Under the pieces are notes generated by a model that was given only the letters and a program-made list of their open reading frames with translations, was not told the origin of the DNA and did not search any database. From an uncultured virus (IMG/VR IMGVR_UViG_3300025402_000005) (taxonomy: Duplodnaviria; Heunggongvirae; Uroviricota; Caudoviricetes), in IMG/VR virus record IMGVR_UViG_3300025402_000005: a DNA stretch of 64,000 nt; one strand, given 5' to 3'. Shown piece by piece: positions 46,705 through 54,724 of this stretch. A program made the translations under genes and the position numbers. Position 1 is the first letter of the stretch; the number at the start of each line of letters is the position of its first letter.

Positions 46705-47240
46705 AATCATTTAATGGCGGGTTAGACCTGTCTGATGATGCCCCTGTGTACATGGGAATAGACCAATCGTATAGCGGGTTCGGTATTACTTTACTTCGCG
46801 GGACTGACTACTACACCACTGTGTATAAATCCGAGTTTCGTGGCGTAGATCGTTTGCGGGACATACAAGCTCACCTTATGGAGCGTCTAGTTCAGCACCA
46901 CATCCAAGATGTAGCCATAGAAGGTTACGCGTTCGGTTCCCAGATGGCTAATATGCTGGGAGAACTTGGCGGTATGGTGAAGCTAACCCTCCTTGACTTT
47001 GGACTTTATCCCTTGATCGTTCCACCTACTAACCTTAAGAAGTACGTGACCGGTAAAGGCAATGGTATTTCCAAAGCTCAGATGCTATTGTTCGTATACA
47101 AAAAATGGGGAGCGGAGTTTACAGATGACAATGCTGCCGATTCTTACTCACTGGCTAGGTTAGTCTCGGGACAGCATGACCTAGCCTATGAGAAAGAAAT
47201 GTACGACAAACTACAAGACCCAAAGTTTAGGGAAAGATAA
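46701..47240 (+). CDS. RuvC-like Holliday junction resolvase
   Basis: GIDQS...G, IEGY, GELGG, P..LKK..TGKGN..K, DNAADS. Confidence 0.85.
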   Translation: MKSFNGGLDLSDDAPVYMGIDQSYSGFGITLLRGTDYYTTVYKSEFRGVDRLRDIQAHLMERLVQHHIQDVAIEGYAFGSQMANMLGELGGMVKLTLLDFGLYPLIVPPTNLKKYVTGKGNGISKAQMLLFVYKKWGAEFTDDNAADSYSLARLVSGQHDLAYEKEMYDKLQDPKFRER

Positions 47241-47407
47241 TGCCTAATTACGATTTCAAGTGCTCCAAGTGCGGAGGGTTTCAAGAGATTTACAAGTCTT
47301 TTGGAGACGATAGCCTTCCAGTATGTTGCGGACAATCGATGGATAAAATCTTTACCGTTCCAGGCGGTATTCATTTCAAAGGCGGAGGCTGGGGAGGCCA
47401 AGGATGA
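47240..47407 (+). CDS. FmdB-family zinc-ribbon protein (not in ORF track)
   Basis: MPNYDFKCSKCG...CCG..M.K......HFKGGGW. Confidence 0.8.
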   Translation: MPNYDFKCSKCGGFQEIYKSFGDDSLPVCCGQSMDKIFTVPGGIHFKGGGWGGQG

Positions 47408-47640
47408 GTAAGACACAAGACAAGAAGGCACAGCGCATTGCCGATGCTCAGGAGTTCGTAGCAGAGCGCCGTAAGATGCAGCTTGAGATCTTAGAACAGA
47501 ACTATGAAGCTGGGGTTCGTATTTATGAGGCTCAGAAGGACAAGCTTTCACCAGAAGAAATTGAGCAAATCGAGGCTATGAAAGCAGAGCAACGAGCTGC
47601 ATTGGATAAGCTGCGTGAGCAGATCAATCCGGGAGCTTAA
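47404..47640 (+). CDS. Hypothetical coiled-coil protein
   Basis: Coupled ORF, charged helical composition. Confidence 0.55.
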   Translation: MSKTQDKKAQRIADAQEFVAERRKMQLEILEQNYEAGVRIYEAQKDKLSPEEIEQIEAMKAEQRAALDKLREQINPGA

Positions 47641-47827
47641 GCCAGATTACACGGGCACCATGGACTATGCAGATCAAGTACTCCATGAGTGCCCAAAGTG
47701 TGAAAGTAACCTTTGGTTACTAAAGGTATCCTTTGATGACTATGAGATTTCTCAGTACCTCCTGCCCATGGAGTGTGCAATTTGTGGCAGTTACGCCACG
47801 GCTCCTACGCCACTTGATAGACCATGA
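47615..47827 (+). CDS. Zinc-ribbon protein
   Basis: CPKC...CAICG. Confidence 0.6.
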   Translation: MSRSIRELKPDYTGTMDYADQVLHECPKCESNLWLLKVSFDDYEISQYLLPMECAICGSYATAPTPLDRP

Positions 47828-48213
47828 CATGTAGTATTGAGGGCTGCACAACTTCTATAAAAGCTCGAAATATGTGCAACACTCATTATCACGCTTGGTG
47901 GGTTCTTCAACCAAAAGAACTTCGTAATCCCAAAAATGGAAGACCTAAAAAAAATAATGTTTCTTATTGGGGTATGCACAGTCGTTTAAAAATGAATAAG
48001 GGTTCTGCCTCAGACCATGCTTGTATAGACTGCGGTTCTCAAGCAAATGATTGGACTTGGGTTGGAACTTGCCCAGACACTTTTTATGGGACTGCTAAGT
48101 CGGGTAGACCTAGCCTTAACCCGTATTGCCTTCATTTTGAGCACTATGAGCCTAGGTGCACAGCCTGCCACATGCTATTTGACAAGGTTTCATCCAGACC
48201 TAAAGAGGACTAG
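47824..48213 (+). CDS. HNH endonuclease-like protein
   Basis: CSIEGC...MCNTHY, H.R....GSA, CIDCG, YEPRCTACH. Confidence 0.7.
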   Translation: MTCSIEGCTTSIKARNMCNTHYHAWWVLQPKELRNPKNGRPKKNNVSYWGMHSRLKMNKGSASDHACIDCGSQANDWTWVGTCPDTFYGTAKSGRPSLNPYCLHFEHYEPRCTACHMLFDKVSSRPKED

Positions 48214-48267
48214 CCCTCATAATTTATACCGCGGGACCACTACTAATCGTAAACCGAGGTATACAAC

Positions 48268-48549
48268 ATGTCAGAAGCAACAAAAGATGACGACGTTTTA
48301 CGCGTCAAAGCCAGTTCTAACCCACAATCCGTAGCATCAGCGATCGCCCACTCCATCTATGAAACCCACACCTGTAAGGTTCGTGCGGTAGGTGCGGGTG
48401 CGGTAAATCAGGCTGTTAAAGCCATTGCCATTGCTAGTGGGTACACAGCCCCACGCGGTCTAAGACTTGCCGTGATCCCGGGCTTTACCACTATCGATAG
48501 CAGAGAGGGCGAAATCAGCGCCATTGTCCTCACAGTAATCATCATTTAG
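48268..48549 (+). CDS. spoVS: SpoVS-family protein
   Basis: LRVKASSNPQSVASAIA...RAVGAGAVNQAVKAIAIASG...IPGF. Confidence 0.9.
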   Translation: MSEATKDDDVLRVKASSNPQSVASAIAHSIYETHTCKVRAVGAGAVNQAVKAIAIASGYTAPRGLRLAVIPGFTTIDSREGEISAIVLTVIII

Positions 48550-48608
48550 GCAGTATTTACCCCCTAAGTGCCGTACATTTATTTAAACCCCTTTGCAAAG
48601 GAAAACTA

Positions 48609-48929
48609 ATGGAAAAAGCTAAAAGCGATAAGCACATTGCACCAGCTTCGGCTAAGGTGTCAAGCGTAAAGTTCGACAACGCTTCTGCTGCCCCTTCTGC
48701 CAACACTAAGCTGGAGAAGAAGAAAGGCGCACAAGCCGGCGACCCAACAATCAAAAACCGCGGAACCCGCTCAAATGTCAAGGCAACAAGCGGAGCTCGT
48801 TACGGTGTTAAGGTCAAGTTCCAGAAGAGCGTCGCACCGGAAGCAGGCGCTACTCAAGGCAACGGTCGTCTTCTACCTTCAGTTATGGGCGTTCAAGCTC
48901 CAAGCTTTAATGCAGGCATGGCTGAATAG
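48609..48929 (+). CDS. Basic low-complexity hypothetical protein
   Basis: AAGGA RBS; Lys/Ala/Gly rich. Confidence 0.55.
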   Translation: MEKAKSDKHIAPASAKVSSVKFDNASAAPSANTKLEKKKGAQAGDPTIKNRGTRSNVKATSGARYGVKVKFQKSVAPEAGATQGNGRLLPSVMGVQAPSFNAGMAE

Positions 48930-48944
48930 CCTTTAATTACCAAT

Positions 48945-48989
48945 ACCCGCCCCTCTATCAGTTTCGGCTGTTAAGGGCGGGTTTTTTTT
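48945..48989 (+). terminator. Intrinsic terminator
   Basis: ACCCGCCC...GGGCGGGT stem followed by a long T tract. Confidence 0.75.
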
Positions 48990-49004
48990 ATGCTATATTA
49001 CTAC

Positions 49005-49053
49005 TAGATTGCCGAATGGGATCTAACTAACTTATATCGTCTAAGGAGATATA
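49005..49053 (+). promoter_or_regulatory. Structured 5'UTR of hsp20 (putative RNA thermometer)
   Basis: Downstream of TGC-TATATT -10; two hairpins, the second sequestering AAGGAG. Confidence 0.55.
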
Positions 49054-49055
49054 TT

Positions 49056-49547
49056 ATGCATGAGTACACTCATCCAAAGCCAAACACAGTTACTTATAAT
49101 TCACAATTTCCACCAGAGTCAAAAACTGTTACATATCCTTTACCTAGTGTTTTCAACGACATGTTTTTCCTAGGTTTTAGTGACCAATTAACTCGGTGGA
49201 CCCCACTAGCAAACACTAAGAAACCTACTTCATTTCCCCCTTACAACTTGATCAAAGAAGATGATGATAATTTCGTGATTGAGCTGGCGGTGGCTGGTTA
49301 CACGCGAGATGATATTGATATCACCGTTGAGAAGGACGTTCTAACTGTTCAGAACACAACCGAAGCTGTAAAGTCAAAAGATACCTTTATTCATCAAGGT
49401 ATTGCAGAACGCGAGTGGAAGCAGAAATTCGTTCTAGGTGAATATATGGAAGTGGGGTCAGCCTCCCTTAAAGAAGGTCTTCTAATTATTAGGGTAGAGC
49501 GCCACATTCCAGAAGAACTAAAGCCAAAGACAATTAAAATCAAATAG
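49056..49547 (+). CDS. Small heat-shock protein Hsp20 (IbpA-like)
   Basis: FPPYNL, IELAVAG, HQGIA.R, GLL.I...IPEELKPKTIKI. Confidence 0.92.
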   Translation: MHEYTHPKPNTVTYNSQFPPESKTVTYPLPSVFNDMFFLGFSDQLTRWTPLANTKKPTSFPPYNLIKEDDDNFVIELAVAGYTRDDIDITVEKDVLTVQNTTEAVKSKDTFIHQGIAEREWKQKFVLGEYMEVGSASLKEGLLIIRVERHIPEELKPKTIKIK

Positions 49548-49562
49548 TAATTGTCGACAATT

Positions 49563-49590
49563 AGCCCCGCTGAACACGCGGGGCTTTTTT
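49563..49590 (+). terminator. Intrinsic terminator
   Basis: AGCCCCGC-TGAACAC-GCGGGGCT followed by T tract. Confidence 0.8.
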
Positions 49591-49659
49591 GTACCTTTTG
49601 CACTGCTTTCGTGCTACGATTGAGTTACGATTGCTACTCAATGTAAGGGAGACTTAACG

Positions 49660-49905
49660 GTGCCGTTATTCACAGAGTTTCTTGAGGATGAGAAGTTCGA
49701 GTGCACAGTAAAAAAGTGGCTAAATGAACTTACTTCAGAAGATCAGTCAGAATATGCAGTACTTGAATCAATATACAGAGCTGGCGCAAAGATTGATATA
49801 TCCAAGGTATATAACAAATTGTTAGACGGAACAGATTCCCTTCCTTTTAAATTAACTTCTTTTCGCACCCACATTAAGGGAGTGTGCACATGTCAGAGAA
49901 ATTAA
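49660..49905 (+). CDS. Hypothetical protein
   Basis: GGGAG RBS; C...H..G.C.C pattern; overlaps phosphoesterase start. Confidence 0.55.
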   Translation: MPLFTEFLEDEKFECTVKKWLNELTSEDQSEYAVLESIYRAGAKIDISKVYNKLLDGTDSLPFKLTSFRTHIKGVCTCQRN

Positions 49906-51086
49906 ACCTTTTTGGGATTATAAATGCTGATCTAGCTAATTCTGGGTCTGATATCAAGTCCTCGAACGTCCCGCAAGAATTTAGAGCAAGACTAGATGTT
50001 GGACCGGATGGCGGTTACTTTGTTTCAACTCCGCGTACAGCAGGCGAGTTACCAGATGCGGTTGAGCTATTTAAAGACTTTGATTTAGACCCTAATCTAT
50101 GGCAAGTAGTAAGCGTTAGAAAGAGTCGCTGGCAGAAGTTTGATGGTGAATGGCTAGAGGCAGCTAGAGTAAGTGTAAAGCCCGCTACGCAATTAGGGCA
50201 TACTGATTTAGATTATGATCAATTAGTAAAAGAAATTAATAAATGGAAGCCTAGCAAGGTAGAAAAGCGCACAGGTGAATTGTTTGCTATTTATGCTATC
50301 GGTGACACACAATATGGAAAAGACGCTGGCGGAGGAACGGATGCAACTGTATCCCGGGTTCTTACGGCACTTGATGCGGCAGTAGAACGCCATAAAGAGT
50401 TATTAAAACTTGGGCGGAATATAGGAACAGTTGTACTTCCTCAACTTGGAGACTGTATCGAGGGTAGTACATCACAGGGCGGTCGCATTATTGGACGTAG
50501 TGATTTAGGCGTATCCCAACAAACTCGTATTGGTCGCAGAGTACTTACCGCATGGATTAAAGCTTTCGCACCATTGTGTGATCGTTTGATAGTTCCGGTA
50601 GTTCCAGGCAATCATGATGAGACTCACCGTATCATGATGACTGACCCTACAGACTCATGGCAACTTGAAATTGTTTCTGCCGTACAAGACGCCTGCGCCG
50701 AAAACCCAAATTTATCCCATGTAGAGTTCAGATATCCATCGGTAGATAACAGCACACTAGCTATTGATCTTGGCGGTACTATCGTGGGATTAGCTCATGG
50801 TCATCAAGGAAAAGATATGTCAAAATGGATTGCAGGACAGGCAACGGGTAAAACCCCAATCGGGTCTGCTGATGTCCTACTCACTGGACACTATCACCAT
50901 TTTAAAGCCAATCAAGTAGGGCCACGCCTATGGGTGCAGGTTCCAGCAATGGACGGCGGATCTGCCTGGTTTCGAGATAGAAGTGGTTTAGAATCCCCAA
51001 CAGGAATTGTTTCCCTAGTTGTCGGTGAAGGCTACGATCCACGGCGAGATTTAGCAGTTTTATCGGGGGAACAGCGCGTACCATAA
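49890..51086 (+). CDS. Calcineurin-like metallophosphoesterase
   Basis: DTQ, LGD..EG, PGNHD, AHGH, GHYHH. Confidence 0.85.
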   Translation: MSEKLNLFGIINADLANSGSDIKSSNVPQEFRARLDVGPDGGYFVSTPRTAGELPDAVELFKDFDLDPNLWQVVSVRKSRWQKFDGEWLEAARVSVKPATQLGHTDLDYDQLVKEINKWKPSKVEKRTGELFAIYAIGDTQYGKDAGGGTDATVSRVLTALDAAVERHKELLKLGRNIGTVVLPQLGDCIEGSTSQGGRIIGRSDLGVSQQTRIGRRVLTAWIKAFAPLCDRLIVPVVPGNHDETHRIMMTDPTDSWQLEIVSAVQDACAENPNLSHVEFRYPSVDNSTLAIDLGGTIVGLAHGHQGKDMSKWIAGQATGKTPIGSADVLLTGHYHHFKANQVGPRLWVQVPAMDGGSAWFRDRSGLESPTGIVSLVVGEGYDPRRDLAVLSGEQRVP

Positions 51087-51090
51087 GAGT

Positions 51091-51624
51091 ATGGCAAATA
51101 ACCATCAAAACGTTCAAAACCTTGGCGCGGGTGGAATGTATGGAACTAACACCAACTATGGTGGTGGCGGTGTTCCAGTTGCTCGCTCTGAGCTGGACTT
51201 CTTACGTCTTGGTGTAGGTCGCGCCCCACAAGCAGAATATCCGGATGGTTATTTAGGAACAATCCGTTCACGTCGTGATGATCGTGGACGTTCCACTGGA
51301 ACATCCGACAATGTATTGAACGCACTTAAGGTTCGTATCGGTCAGCGTTCCTACCAACGTGGTGTTCACCGCGGTGAGCGCATTGATGTTCAAGATTATT
51401 ATTATCCAGAAGGATTAGAAAACTCACGTGGCATTTCCCGTCAAATGCGCGGTAAGCGTGTGGGAAGCACTATTCGTACAAAGCGTAATGTAGAAGACGC
51501 AATGGCAGCTCCAGCACCACACCTTCCTAACGATGGTAAAGCTAACATGCGTAGCACATCCCCAATGGCGCTAGACAAGCGTCGTGTAGATCAAGTCGCG
51601 CGTATGCGCCCAGCGTGGAGGTAG
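51091..51624 (+). CDS. Arg/Gly-rich hypothetical protein
   Basis: AEYPDGYLGTIRSRRDDR, RSYQRGVHRGERID; leaderless TACCAT-N6-ATG start. Confidence 0.65.
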   Translation: MANNHQNVQNLGAGGMYGTNTNYGGGGVPVARSELDFLRLGVGRAPQAEYPDGYLGTIRSRRDDRGRSTGTSDNVLNALKVRIGQRSYQRGVHRGERIDVQDYYYPEGLENSRGISRQMRGKRVGSTIRTKRNVEDAMAAPAPHLPNDGKANMRSTSPMALDKRRVDQVARMRPAWR

Positions 51625-51626
51625 AG

Positions 51627-51953
51627 ATGGCAATATATCGTAAAGGTGAAGGTCAGTGGACTCCAGAAAAGCAAGCTGGTTTGATCGAGCACGCTAAGCA
51701 ACAAGGTGAAGCCAAATACCGCAGAGAAGGCATGAAGAATTACGATACCCCACCTAGAGAGTATCAAAAGGATTTACAAGAATCTAGAGGTTGGGCGATC
51801 GGCGTTAACCCACACATTAAAGCATCTAACGTAACTGGCCCAGTATCTGGCGCCGGTATTGCTAAAGGAAAAGCTGCTCGCGCAGAGTGGGATCCAGTCA
51901 TGGTTGAACGCCAGAACGAAAACATGGCAGCTAATCCTGATATGAAGGTCTGA
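51627..51953 (+). CDS. Hypothetical protein
   Basis: GGAGG RBS before ATG 51627 (MAIYRKG...). Confidence 0.55.
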   Translation: MAIYRKGEGQWTPEKQAGLIEHAKQQGEAKYRREGMKNYDTPPREYQKDLQESRGWAIGVNPHIKASNVTGPVSGAGIAKGKAARAEWDPVMVERQNENMAANPDMKV

Positions 51954-51954
51954 T

Positions 51955-52314
51955 ATGACACAGTTTGCTGACGGAGTTTATAACCGTCGCCCTTGGGTAG
52001 CTCCACCAGAGGCGGCAATGCCTCCACAAGAGTTTATTGGGCCTTTCGCGTCTAACCAAGAGCGTCTACTTAGTCAGTCGTTAGCTTCTTGGAAACTAGC
52101 TCGCGGTGAGGCTCAGACTTATGTCCGTCCTCCACTTCCACAGATCCAACTATTTCCACCAAAATATGGTTATACTGAATACGAACTAAGCATTGAAGAC
52201 ATCGCGCACTTACCAAGCCGTACAGCTACCGCACAGCGCGTAGAGTCCGACTTCAGTCAGACACCGAATACCACAGAGTCAACAAGCAGAAACGCATTAG
52301 GAGGATCAATTTAA
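51955..52314 (+). CDS. Hypothetical protein
   Basis: Tightly packed ORF, Pro-rich. Confidence 0.55.
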   Translation: MTQFADGVYNRRPWVAPPEAAMPPQEFIGPFASNQERLLSQSLASWKLARGEAQTYVRPPLPQIQLFPPKYGYTEYELSIEDIAHLPSRTATAQRVESDFSQTPNTTESTSRNALGGSI

Positions 52315-52481
52315 TGGGACGCAATATCGGAGATTTTACTGAAGGTCAGGGGCGTCTTCCAACTACTAAGCTTCCTAAAAGAGGCCCTATAACAACTATT
52401 AAAGATAAAATAAAAGGCACATACAATGGAAAAAAAGTTGACCATTCAGCAGTTGAGTGGGCAGAAATTACAGGGGAATAG
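52314..52481 (+). CDS. 55-aa basic protein (not in ORF track)
   Basis: GGAGG RBS, TAATG overlap; MGRNIGDFTEGQGRLP... Confidence 0.5.
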   Translation: MGRNIGDFTEGQGRLPTTKLPKRGPITTIKDKIKGTYNGKKVDHSAVEWAEITGE

Positions 52482-52484
52482 TTT

Positions 52485-52718
52485 ATGTCTAAAGATCCAG
52501 GTTTATACACAGATAGCACTGGAGACGGTATGGCGGGTGCTGAAGACGTCAGCCTAGAGACCCAAAATGCCCTTCGCACTAAATATAATGGAGATAATTC
52601 CTGTACTAAGTGCGGAACGGTCATAGACCCAGTACAATCATTACTTAATCAAAAGGTTTGCCCATCCTGCTCTAGGAAGGCGCAAATAACTAGAGTGAAG
52701 GGTAGGATGTCACAATGA
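52485..52718 (+). CDS. Zinc-finger small protein
   Basis: CTKCG...CPSC. Confidence 0.6.
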   Translation: MSKDPGLYTDSTGDGMAGAEDVSLETQNALRTKYNGDNSCTKCGTVIDPVQSLLNQKVCPSCSRKAQITRVKGRMSQ

Positions 52719-52924
52719 CAGTCCGCAAAGTACGTTCAGATAACGCTGAACTTCTAGAAGGCGCCACAGACGGCAAGTACCGCAAGCGCCGTCCAAATAC
52801 AACTGTTGCACCAGCAATGGGCGACGAGCTTATGGTGAAGAATCGTTCAGACTTACATCCTTATTGGAACTATGGCTTTGTTAATTCAGAAGAGCCATCT
52901 AAAGTGAATCCAGCAGGTAACTAA
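52715..52924 (+). CDS. Hypothetical protein
   Basis: ATGA overlap; EGATDGKYRKRRP. Confidence 0.55.
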   Translation: MTVRKVRSDNAELLEGATDGKYRKRRPNTTVAPAMGDELMVKNRSDLHPYWNYGFVNSEEPSKVNPAGN

Positions 52925-52925
52925 C

Positions 52926-53111
52926 ATGGCAGAAGATCGCGCACACGATCCAAAGAGAGTTCCTTTAAGAGCAGGCGTCCCTAATTACAACCCTCGTACT
53001 TGGAGTTCTATGGGGTATCGTGCGGATGACCCAGAGCACTCACCAAACCCAACTGGTGCTGGTTCTAGAGGAACAACAAGTGTTGTTGGCGTGACCCCGG
53101 AGGATAATTAA
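52926..53111 (+). CDS. Leader-array mini-protein 1 (MAEDRAHDPKRVP + unique cargo)
   Basis: Shares 13-aa N-terminus with the next two ORFs. Confidence 0.7.
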   Translation: MAEDRAHDPKRVPLRAGVPNYNPRTWSSMGYRADDPEHSPNPTGAGSRGTTSVVGVTPEDN

Positions 53112-53376
53112 CATGGCTAAAGATAGAGCTAACGACCCACGTAGAGTTCCAAGTATTCCTTCTGGGGTTACAGGAAAATACACATTTATGGAACTTCCTG
53201 AAGACCAACACACTACTGCATACATTCCGCGCAGAACAGATGCGTATGCTTCAGGACCTAGAACTGGCGTAGAAGCCGCACTTTCTGGTAAGGGCAAGGC
53301 TGGAAACATGGGCAAACTTTTGGGAGAAGTAAAAGAAGCGTTTAAGCCTAATGAGGATAATTAACATGGCTAAAGA
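53100..53376 (+). repeat. 24-bp direct repeat GAGGATAATTAACATGGCTAAAGA x2
   Basis: Exact copies at 53100-53123 and 53353-53376; degenerate third copy around 52914-52936. Confidence 0.9.
53113..53364 (+). CDS. Leader-array mini-protein 2 (MAKDRANDPRRVP + unique cargo)
   Basis: GAGG RBS within repeated junction. Confidence 0.7.
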   Translation: MAKDRANDPRRVPSIPSGVTGKYTFMELPEDQHTTAYIPRRTDAYASGPRTGVEAALSGKGKAGNMGKLLGEVKEAFKPNEDN

Positions 53377-53620
53377 CCGCGCAAGAGATCCACGCAGAGT
53401 ACCTTCACTAGGCATTTCAGAACCACTTAGCCACGTCAAAGCTGTACAACCAACAGAGCCTTGGTCACCTAAAGGAGAATCTACTTGGGCTGGAGACGGC
53501 AAAGTTTCTAATGATTTCCACGAGGAAGATTACGGCATGAAGAAGTTTTCTGGCGAGCTTTCAACCCCAGAATCTAGAGCTGCTGACATCGCTAAACATG
53601 AAGCGGAGCGTCCTAAATAA
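53366..53620 (+). CDS. Leader-array mini-protein 3 (MAKDRARDPRRVP + unique cargo)
   Basis: Start corrected to ATG 53366 by homology of junction and leader. Confidence 0.7.
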   Translation: MAKDRARDPRRVPSLGISEPLSHVKAVQPTEPWSPKGESTWAGDGKVSNDFHEEDYGMKKFSGELSTPESRAADIAKHEAERPK

Positions 53621-53820
53621 TGGCTGACGGTAAGATCAAGTTTAATAAAGAGAACCCAGAGCACGTCAAAGCTATCAAAGGCGGGGACGTAAAGATCCAT
53701 GCTGGCGGATACTTTTCTAAGTCCCCTAAGGGTGGACTAAAGACCCCAGTAAGCCCAAAGGCTAAGCTTTCTGCACCTAAATCCGCAAAGATGAAGGCAC
53801 CGTCGACTAAAAACAAATAG
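53620..53820 (+). CDS. Lys-rich small protein
   Basis: TAATG coupling; very basic. Confidence 0.55.
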   Translation: MADGKIKFNKENPEHVKAIKGGDVKIHAGGYFSKSPKGGLKTPVSPKAKLSAPKSAKMKAPSTKNK

Positions 53821-53855
53821 TATGTTAGACTCGTTGCACTACTTAGGAGCATAAA

Positions 53856-54410
53856 TTGTCAGATACAGATCTAGAAAATGAGTACATCCTTTTATTGGTG
53901 TGCAAAACCTGCAAGTCCATCCAAGAGATCCCGTATGTAAAGACGGGTAAATACCTTGGAGAAGGTAAGTACGACCAGACTGACAATCCTTTTCTAGCCG
54001 AAGTCAATGCTCCGCATGAGCGTAAGGGCTGTTACGGTGTTCTTACTGACGTTAACTGGGTTTACTGGATGACTCCGAAGGTTAAAGAGTCGATCGTAGC
54101 TCAAATCAAGGATCAACTAACTTCCGATAGCCCTCTAACCTCTGGGCTAGACGTGTTTGGAACTAACTTTTACGACCTCAAGGACACCTTCAGCGCGGAC
54201 GCTATGTCCTGTTGGAAGGTGCATAACAGCCCCAAAGGTCAATGCTCGGACTACAAGACTGACCGTAAGAAGCTCGATGCTGGCACTAAGCAAGATCGTT
54301 CAGACGCGGGTTTAGCTCAATCCACCATTAAAGTTTACCTTTGCGACTTCTGTCCCGTAAAAATGTACAACCAGCAGAAGGCGTACAAGGAAAAAGGACT
54401 TTACGACTAA
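53856..54410 (+). CDS. Cys-rich (zinc-binding) hypothetical protein
   Basis: AGGAG RBS + TTG; CKTC, C...H...C, CDFC. Confidence 0.6.
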   Translation: MSDTDLENEYILLLVCKTCKSIQEIPYVKTGKYLGEGKYDQTDNPFLAEVNAPHERKGCYGVLTDVNWVYWMTPKVKESIVAQIKDQLTSDSPLTSGLDVFGTNFYDLKDTFSADAMSCWKVHNSPKGQCSDYKTDRKKLDAGTKQDRSDAGLAQSTIKVYLCDFCPVKMYNQQKAYKEKGLYD

Positions 54411-54472
54411 ATACTTTAAAAGTCTGTATCTCAGGTGTACACTGTAAATACACTCAAGCTAAGGGGCAGACT

Positions 54473-54709
54473 ATGGCAACTCCTCGTAAGAAACCAGTCA
54501 AAAAAGTAGTGACGGTTAAAGACGAAGATTTAACTCCACTTGAGATTCACGCCATTCAAATCCACGAACTTTACAAAGCATTTCGCAAAGCGGGATTCGA
54601 TACATCAATGGCAATGGGTTTAGTTGTAGACCCGGGTACATATCCTGATTGGTTTTTTGTAGATGAAACAGGCTTTGAAGTTGTAGACGATGAGGATTTA
54701 GAAGACTAG
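54473..54709 (+). CDS. Hypothetical protein
   Basis: MATPRKK...LEIHAIQIHELYKAFRKAGF...YPDW, acidic tail; start moved to ATG 54473. Confidence 0.6.
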   Translation: MATPRKKPVKKVVTVKDEDLTPLEIHAIQIHELYKAFRKAGFDTSMAMGLVVDPGTYPDWFFVDETGFEVVDDEDLED

Positions 54710-54724
54710 CACTATACTAGTCAC

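Noticed and set aside
52914..53404. CRISPR array
   Set aside because: Repeats overlap RBS and start codons, vary synonymously, and are 187-253 bp apart with coding spacers
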